A stretch of DNA of 64,000 nt from an uncultured bacterium (GTDB taxonomy: Bacteria > Patescibacteriota > Minisyncoccia > Minisyncoccales > Minisyncoccaceae): contig CAWECB010000002.1 in assembly GCA_963807465.1 (NCBI GenBank), forward strand, positions 18,167 through 82,166. The letters are read 5' to 3'. Positions within the stretch are counted from its first letter, which is position 1; each line of letters starts with the position of its first letter. The notes below the pieces were generated by a model that saw nothing but the letters and a program-made list of their open reading frames with translations, was not told the origin of the DNA and searched no databases. This document shows, piece after piece, positions 57,830-64,000 of this stretch. Both the position numbers and the translations under genes were made by a program.

Positions 57830-58582
57830 ATGTTTAAAACAATCTATATACTCTGGCTGAGGCAGATAAAGAAATACTTTAGGTCGAAATCAAGGATCAT
57901 AGGTTCTCTTGGCCAGCCTCTGCTCTTCATGGTCGCCTTGGGGTTCGGGTTCGGATCGATATATGAGAAAGCCGGCGGGGGAAACTACCTCGAATTCCTC
58001 GTTCCGGGCATAGTCGCGATGAGCATACTCTTCACGGCAATATTCTCGGGGATAGAAATCATCTGGGACAGGCAGTTCGGATTCTTAAAGGAAACCCTGG
58101 TCGCGCCGGTTTCGAGGCTTGAGATAATGATCGGCAGGTCCCTCGGGGGAGCCACCGTGGCCGTATTCCAGGGAATCATCGTTTTCATTATCTCTTTCTT
58201 CCTCGGGTTCAGGATGGAAAACTATTCCATGCTTTTATTGGCTATCGTCTTCATGTTCATGATTGCCCTCTTGTTTACCGCCCTGGGAACTGCAATCGCT
58301 TCTTTGTTGGAAGACATGCAGGGATTCCAATTGATCATGAACTTCTTGATCATGCCCATTTTCTTTCTGTCGGGAGCCTTATTCCCCATAAGTAACCTGC
58401 CCATAGCCTTGAATGTCGTCACGTCGCTCAATCCCTTATCTTACGGAGTTGACGGCTTGCGAGGGTCTTTGGTCGCCAATGCAGCCCATTTTGGGCTCTT
58501 AACGGACTTTATGGTCTTGGGCATAGTGATTATTCTTATTAACGCTATCGGCGCCTATCTCTTCTCTAAAATTCAAATCTAA
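57830..58582 (+). CDS. ABC-2 type transporter permease
   Basis: Six-TM protein directly after the ATPase gene. The ORF begins at 57797, but ATG 57830 does not overlap the ATPase. Confidence 0.8.
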   Translation: MFKTIYILWLRQIKKYFRSKSRIIGSLGQPLLFMVALGFGFGSIYEKAGGGNYLEFLVPGIVAMSILFTAIFSGIEIIWDRQFGFLKETLVAPVSRLEIMIGRSLGGATVAVFQGIIVFIISFFLGFRMENYSMLLLAIVFMFMIALLFTALGTAIASLLEDMQGFQLIMNFLIMPIFFLSGALFPISNLPIALNVVTSLNPLSYGVDGLRGSLVANAAHFGLLTDFMVLGIVIILINAIGAYLFSKIQI

Positions 58583-58588
58583 TATTTT

Positions 58589-61162
58589 ATGGAAAGAAGC
58601 ATTTTCTCCCGCGGATACAAAAAACAAGAGTGGAATTTTGACCACCTATCATCTCTTGTCGGGGATTTGTACAGCAAACTGAAAACTAATGAGAAAGGAC
58701 TATCGGAAGAAGAAGCCTTAAAAAGACTTAACGATTACGGGCCGAACGAGATCAAAACGAAAAAGGAAAAGATATTGATATTTGAATTCCTGGGGAGATT
58801 CCTCAATCCTCTTGTAATCATTCTTCTTGTCATCGCTTCTTTCTCTTTCTTCTTCGGCGATAAAATAAGCACCATCATCATTTCTCTGATGGTGCTAATG
58901 AGTATTACCTTGTCTTTTTTCCAGGAAAGGCGGGCGGAAAGCGCGGCCCAAAAGCTCGAAGAGATGGTACAGACCATGTGCACGGTTGTAAGAAACGGAA
59001 AGATAAAAGAGATACCCCTTAAGAGTATCGTCCCGGGGGATATCGTCGACCTTTCTGCCGGCGACATCATTCCCGGCGACATACGGATTGTTTCAAGCAA
59101 GGATTTATTTATAAACCAGTCGTCGCTTACGGGAGAGTCGTTCCCGGTGGAGAAATTCGCCGAAGCCCAGGCGGATAAAAATACCGAGTTGCTGCGATTG
59201 CCGAATATGGCTTTCATGGGGTCGTCGGTCGTAAGCGGAATCGGAATGGGAATCGTAATCCATACCGGACAGAACACGGCCTTCGGCAACCTTTCCCAAA
59301 AACTCATAGAAGCGAGCGGTAAGACGCTTTTTGACACGCAAACAAAGGATTTCGTCTGGACAATGATTAAAGTAATGGCCATAGTCGTAACGGCGATAAT
59401 GCTGATTTACGCGCTTAAGCGCCAGAACATACTCGAATCTCTTTTGTTCGCCTTGGCCGTGGCCGTACAAATCACTCCGGAAACCCTGCCGATGTTTATA
59501 ACGATAAACCTTTCCAAGGGAGCTCTCGCAATGTCACGCAAAAGGGCCATTGTCAAAAGATTGAACTCCATACAAAACCTCGGAGCAATGGACATATTGT
59601 GCTCTGATAAAACAGGAACTCTAACCCTAAACGAAGTCGTTCTTCAGAACCACGTCAATGTGTGGGGAGAAAAAGACGAAAACGTCTTCATTTATGGTTA
59701 CGTCAATTGTTTTTATCAGACAGGAACCAAGAATCTCATAAACGAAGCGGTATTGAAGCATAAGCGCGAAGATCTGCATGGATATAAAAAGATTGACGAG
59801 ATTCCGTTTGATTTCGAAAGGAGAATCAGCTCGGTTGTCGTCGAGAACAAAGGAGAAGAGTTCATGGTCTCGATTGGAGCTCCCGAAGAGATTTTCAAGC
59901 GTTGCGTAAATTATGATAATAGGGGCAAGGTTGAACCCATTAATCAATCGGATAAAGAACAGGTACTGAAAGAATATTACGAGCTCGGAGTCGAGGGCTA
60001 CCGCGTCATAGCCGTCGCATACAAAGACATCAAAGAGAAAAAGTCCAATTACTCTTTAGAAGAAGAGCATAATCTTATCCTCAAAGGATACATGGCTTTT
60101 TTCGATCCTCCCAAGTCCACGGCAAAAGCATCGATAGACGCCTTAAGGGAAGCGGGAATCGAATTTAAGATAGTAACCGGCGACAGCGATGTCGTGACTA
60201 AAAAAATATGCAACGACCTGAATATCGGAATCTGCGGCGTCATCGTCGGAAGCCAAATCGATTCCATGTCCGATGAAGAACTTTCCAAAGCAAGCGAAGA
60301 TACCACGATATTCGCCCGTGTAACTCCGGAACAAAAAGAAAGGATCATTAGGTGTCTGAGATTAAAAGGCCACACTGTCGGATTCCTAGGCGACGGCATC
60401 AATGACGCTCTTTCCTTAAGAGCGGCCGATATCGGGATATCCGTGAACAATGCCGTAGATGTTGCTAAAGAATCTGCCAGCATCGTCTTACTAGAAAAAG
60501 ATCTTGATGCCCTTACCGAAGGCATTCTCGAGGGAAGAAAAGTATTCGGCAACTTCATGAAATATATCCGCATGACAAGCATGGTAAATGTGGGGTACAT
60601 GGTGACGACAATTGGAGCCAGCCTTGTATTACCGTTCTTACCGATGCACCCGGTCCAGCTGCTTCTCAATAATTATCTCTACGAAGTCGGACAAACCGCT
60701 ATACCGAGCGACAATGTCGATAGCGACTATGTCAAGAAACCAAGAAAGTGGCGCATCAGCTCGCTCGTAAACTTTATGACGTTTTTGGGACCCCTAAGCT
60801 CAATCTTTGATTTTATAATGTTCGGTATATTGTGGTGGGTTTTTCATGCCTATGCAAACGAAAGTATATTCCAGACCGGATGGTTCATCCAAACCATGTT
60901 GGCCCAAGTTTTGCTTATATTCTTCATAAGAACTAAAAAAATTCCTTTCCTCGAGAGTAGACCGAGTGCCTTCCTTGTTCTAATGTCCATAATTATACTA
61001 GGTATTGTCCTTGTATTACCGTTCACATCATTGGCTGCTCCTCTGCACCTGGTCATAATGCCGTGGACATTCTATCCGGTTGTTGCCCTAATCGTTCTTA
61101 CGTATCTTATGGTCGTATGGTTTACAAAAAATTTGCTCACTACTAAGGTCGAAAACGACTAG
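58589..61162 (+). CDS. mgtA: magnesium-translocating P-type ATPase
   Basis: 857 aa with LSEEEALKRLNDYGPNEI, TGES, CSDKTGTLT, TGD and GDGINDALSL. The overall layout is MgtA type. Confidence 0.85.
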   Translation: MERSIFSRGYKKQEWNFDHLSSLVGDLYSKLKTNEKGLSEEEALKRLNDYGPNEIKTKKEKILIFEFLGRFLNPLVIILLVIASFSFFFGDKISTIIISLMVLMSITLSFFQERRAESAAQKLEEMVQTMCTVVRNGKIKEIPLKSIVPGDIVDLSAGDIIPGDIRIVSSKDLFINQSSLTGESFPVEKFAEAQADKNTELLRLPNMAFMGSSVVSGIGMGIVIHTGQNTAFGNLSQKLIEASGKTLFDTQTKDFVWTMIKVMAIVVTAIMLIYALKRQNILESLLFALAVAVQITPETLPMFITINLSKGALAMSRKRAIVKRLNSIQNLGAMDILCSDKTGTLTLNEVVLQNHVNVWGEKDENVFIYGYVNCFYQTGTKNLINEAVLKHKREDLHGYKKIDEIPFDFERRISSVVVENKGEEFMVSIGAPEEIFKRCVNYDNRGKVEPINQSDKEQVLKEYYELGVEGYRVIAVAYKDIKEKKSNYSLEEEHNLILKGYMAFFDPPKSTAKASIDALREAGIEFKIVTGDSDVVTKKICNDLNIGICGVIVGSQIDSMSDEELSKASEDTTIFARVTPEQKERIIRCLRLKGHTVGFLGDGINDALSLRAADIGISVNNAVDVAKESASIVLLEKDLDALTEGILEGRKVFGNFMKYIRMTSMVNVGYMVTTIGASLVLPFLPMHPVQLLLNNYLYEVGQTAIPSDNVDSDYVKKPRKWRISSLVNFMTFLGPLSSIFDFIMFGILWWVFHAYANESIFQTGWFIQTMLAQVLLIFFIRTKKIPFLESRPSAFLVLMSIIILGIVLVLPFTSLAAPLHLVIMPWTFYPVVALIVLTYLMVVWFTKNLLTTKVEND

Positions 61163-61165
61163 AAA

Positions 61166-61768
61166 TTATTTCAATGGGACAAAAACAAATCCGCTGAACG
61201 TTTCTGTATCAGTTTTGTCCAGCGAGTTTTTTGTTATTTTATAAATATCGTTACCCACTGGGACAACTAAAATTCCTCCAATTTTCAACTGATCCACTAA
61301 TTGCCCAGGAACATTTCCTGCCGAAGCAGAAACCAATATCCTATCAAAAGGAGATTTTTTAATTAATCCCATTTTTTCCTCCGTCTGAACAATCTCTGCG
61401 TTTTTAAGACTGTATTTATTCAAGTTGTTGCTTCCTAATGCAACCAGCTCTGGGATGATTTCCAATCCCCAGACAAAACCTTTGGGGCCGATAATGTCCG
61501 CTATCAGTGCCGTCGTGTATCCCGAACCAGAGCCAACATCCAAAACCTTGTCGCCCTTTTTCGACTGGAGAAGCTCTAACATGAAAGCAACCGTATAGGG
61601 TTGCGAAATCGTCTGTCCGTATCCGATGGGCAGGGGATAGTCCTCGTATGCTTCCGACTTGTATTCGGGCAAAACAAAATCTCTCCTGTCTATATTTCTG
61701 AAAGCCTTGATTATCCTTTCTGTTTTCAGGACCCCCGCATCGATTAAACTCCTAATAAGTTTATCCAT
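61166..61768 (-). CDS. pcm: protein-L-isoaspartate O-methyltransferase
   Basis: PIGYGQTISQPYTVAFMLELL and the SAM motif VLDVGSGSGYTTALIA. Confidence 0.85.
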   Translation of the reverse strand: MDKLIRSLIDAGVLKTERIIKAFRNIDRRDFVLPEYKSEAYEDYPLPIGYGQTISQPYTVAFMLELLQSKKGDKVLDVGSGSGYTTALIADIIGPKGFVWGLEIIPELVALGSNNLNKYSLKNAEIVQTEEKMGLIKKSPFDRILVSASAGNVPGQLVDQLKIGGILVVPVGNDIYKITKNSLDKTDTETFSGFVFVPLK

Positions 61769-61870
61769 TATTTTAATAATACCATGTATTTATTGTGTTA
61801 AAAACATCGGGTCTTGCTTTTTATGTAAATAACTTGATATAATATCCACAAGTTAATAATAATAAAACTT

Positions 61871-62071
61871 ATGACAAAAGAATATATAGTGGAAGCGTTT
61901 CTCGTTTTTATCATCTCCATCCTCTTTTGTGTTTCTTTGTTTTCTGTTTATAACCTAGAAAAATACAAAATAGACAATATGGAAAAGGATATTACAGAAA
62001 TCAAGGGTGAAATTTACCAAATGAGGCTGGATTTAGTAACCATGGAAAAACAATCGGTAAGTACTAAATGA
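61871..62071 (+). CDS. small membrane protein
   Basis: 66 aa with an N-terminal TM segment (FLVFIISILFCVSLFSVY), followed by a hairpin CAGGACAGTCAAGTCCTG plus a T-run. Confidence 0.35.
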   Translation: MTKEYIVEAFLVFIISILFCVSLFSVYNLEKYKIDNMEKDITEIKGEIYQMRLDLVTMEKQSVSTK

Positions 62072-62113
62072 TGGACGCAGGACAGTCAAGTCCTGCTGTT
62101 TTTTTGTTCTAAA

Positions 62114-62674
62114 ATGTTTAATCTAAAAGGAAAAATAGCCAAAGAAATCATTGAAAGCGTAAAGAAAGGAGGAATTTTAGTCATTCCGACCGACACGATC
62201 TACGGAATAGTCGCTTCGGCCTTGAACAAGGAAAGTGTGGAGAGGCTGTATAAAATCAGAAAGAGGAACCTTCATAAACCGATGATAATTTTAATAAACT
62301 CGATAAAAGATTTGGGAATTTTTGGCATTAAGGTGCAAAAAGAAAAAGACTTGCTTAAAAAAATATGGCCGGGAAAAGTCAGTGTTATCTTCGAGTGTTT
62401 GAATAAAAAATATGAATACCTGCATAGGGGAAGAAAAACCCTGGCTTTCAGAATCCCCGGCAACAAGAATCTAGTTAAATTATTAAAGAAAATGGGTCCC
62501 TTGGTTGCTCCGAGCGCGAATATCGAAGGAAAGAAGCCTTCGCAAACAATCGAGGAAGCTATGGCTTATTTTGAGGACAAAGTCGATTTTTACGTTGATG
62601 TCGGAAAAATGAAATCAAGGCCCTCTAAATTAGTGTCTGTCAAAAACGGCAAGGTTGAGGTCATAAGAAAATAA
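62114..62674 (+). CDS. tsaC: L-threonylcarbamoyladenylate synthase (YrdC/TsaC type)
   Basis: GGILVIPTDTIYGIVASA, KIRKRNLHKPMIIL, LAFRIP and LVAPSAN. Confidence 0.8.
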   Translation: MFNLKGKIAKEIIESVKKGGILVIPTDTIYGIVASALNKESVERLYKIRKRNLHKPMIILINSIKDLGIFGIKVQKEKDLLKKIWPGKVSVIFECLNKKYEYLHRGRKTLAFRIPGNKNLVKLLKKMGPLVAPSANIEGKKPSQTIEEAMAYFEDKVDFYVDVGKMKSRPSKLVSVKNGKVEVIRK

Positions 62675-62689
62675 TGTTAAAATATTCCC

Positions 62690-63379
62690 ATGAATAAACT
62701 GGTAATAATTAGGCACGGAGAAAGCGTCTGGAATAAAGAAAATATCTTCACCGGATGGATTGACGTTCCTTTGTCCGAAGAGGGGATGGAACAGGCGAGA
62801 AAAGCCGGCCAATTACTGAAGAAGGAAGGCTTTGTGTTTGACATCGGCTTTACTTCAAAATTAGAGAGAGCCAGCAAAACCCTGGATATAGTATTAGAAG
62901 AAATGGACCTTATAATCCCCGTTAAAAGCTCCTGGAGGCTGAATGAGAGGCATTATGGGGCCTTGCAGGGAATGAATAAGGATGAGATGAGGAAGCTCTA
63001 CGGAGCGGATAAGGTTGAAGAATGGAGAAGGAGCTACGATGTCAGGCCTCCGGCGGAAACGGAAGAAAAAAAATTCGCATATAATGAATTGAAAGGGGAG
63101 GGAGCTCCTTTGACCGAAAGCTTGAAAGACACTGAAGCAAGGGTTCTGCCTTATTGGAACGAAGAAATCATTCCCATGATAAAGCAAGGAAAAAGGGTTG
63201 TAATCACTGCTCACGGGAACAGCATAAGAGCCATCGTCAGGATTATCGACAACGTTTCCGGAGAAAAGATCGCCAAAGTGGAAATACCGGTAGGGGTTCC
63301 TTTGGTTTACGAAGTCGACGACAATTTCGATTTCGTTAATAAATATTATCTTGATAAAAACGTTCCTTGCGATTTCTAG
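62690..63379 (+). CDS. gpmA: 2,3-bisphosphoglycerate-dependent phosphoglycerate mutase
   Basis: LVIIRHGESVWNKENIFTGWIDVPLSEEG, ERHYGALQG and ITAHGNSIRA. Confidence 0.9.
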   Translation: MNKLVIIRHGESVWNKENIFTGWIDVPLSEEGMEQARKAGQLLKKEGFVFDIGFTSKLERASKTLDIVLEEMDLIIPVKSSWRLNERHYGALQGMNKDEMRKLYGADKVEEWRRSYDVRPPAETEEKKFAYNELKGEGAPLTESLKDTEARVLPYWNEEIIPMIKQGKRVVITAHGNSIRAIVRIIDNVSGEKIAKVEIPVGVPLVYEVDDNFDFVNKYYLDKNVPCDF

Positions 63380-63403
63380 AAAGAACATGTTAGAATACTC
63401 ACT

Positions 63404-64000
63404 ATGGATATTAAAGAAGTAAAACCACAAATTTGGAATTTCAAGGTCATCGGCGGAGAAAAAGCCTGGGAAGAGGTTGCTTATTCCGCCAAGATGAGCG
63501 GTGTTCCGGAGCATGTTAAGGGCGAGGATATCTTCAAAATGATAATCGATAACGATTACGGTTCTTCGCTTGAACATATCATTATTAAGTTCGACATTAA
63601 GATTACCAAGGGTAGCGCCCCCGAGCTTTTAGAACACAGAATGGCTAGCCATACTGGCTGGTCCACGAGATACATACAAGCCAACCAGGGCATAGAAAAG
63701 GAAACACCCGTTTACGAGATAATCGTTCCCTGGCATTTGTTGGGAGAAAAGAACAAAGACAAGAAAGAGATATTTCTGGAAAGGGTCCGCGACAGCCTAG
63801 AAAAATACGAAGAATTCATCAATGAAGGGTTGCCTCGAGAATCGGCAAGATATCTTCTGCCTTTTTGCCAGGCCGTCGGCATTTACCATTTTACCTTGAA
63901 CCTAAGATCGCTTTTGAACCTTCTGTCTCTAAGGCTCTGCGTGAGGGTAGCTCCGGAATTCAGATGCATTGCGAGTCAGCTGTATTTCCTATTGGAAAAA
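63404..64000 (+). CDS. thyX: FAD-dependent thymidylate synthase ThyX-like, partial (runs off window end)
   Basis: Open frame from ATG 63404 to the window end; it is not in the ORF track. LEHRMASHTGWSTRY is a ThyX-motif variant, and ESARYLLP and NLRSLLNLLSLR are also present. Confidence 0.6.
   Translation, partial: MDIKEVKPQIWNFKVIGGEKAWEEVAYSAKMSGVPEHVKGEDIFKMIIDNDYGSSLEHIIIKFDIKITKGSAPELLEHRMASHTGWSTRYIQANQGIEKETPVYEIIVPWHLLGEKNKDKKEIFLERVRDSLEKYEEFINEGLPRESARYLLPFCQAVGIYHFTLNLRSLLNLLSLRLCVRVAPEFRCIASQLYFLLEK

Overview
The window is a composite of three blocks, judged by eye on base composition and codon style. Block A (about 1-8550) has very high GC and carries a heme/tetrapyrrole cluster: radical SAM/SPASM, a SirC-like domain fused to HemA, HemL and a HemY-like PPOX, plus an MDR dehydrogenase and two alpha/beta hydrolases. 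Block B (about 8550-11450) has moderately high GC and carries a sialic-acid/capsule cluster (capsule biosynthesis protein, NeuA, NeuC). Block C (about 11450-64000) is a low-GC, streamlined, CPR/Patescibacteria-like genome segment. Both junctions cut genes mid-domain, which points to a chimeric or concatenated sequence. Block C carries housekeeping genes: rplJ-rplL, mraZ-rsmH-ftsL-ftsI, tRNA-Glu, rplU, dnaB, cysK-cysS, dnaX, tRNA-Gln, hss, mgtA, pcm, tsaC, gpmA and thyX. It also holds an accessory island of about 11 kb directly after tRNA-Gln. The most interesting feature sits in that island: a tightly packed operon of an XRE regulator, an EcoRI-like m6A methyltransferase, a DUF262/HNH nuclease and a transmembrane KAP P-loop NTPase, with a convergent large serine recombinase. 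I do not recognise this combination as a named defence system. Other notable items are listed here. (1) A giant MBG-repeat surface protein ends in a dockerin pair and sits next to a membrane-anchored cohesin-like protein. (2) A 1-kb non-coding stretch upstream of dnaX holds three promoter/terminator-delimited units. (3) A GC-rich structured non-coding region follows rplL. (4) A hyperacidic small protein and a membrane-anchored ClpB-like ATPase are present. Many genes, including essential ones, are broken by clustered indels and stops in discrete patches, while neighbouring long genes are intact. I read this as consensus error rather than biology. All calls come from reading the translations and sequence by eye. 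No searches or computations were run.
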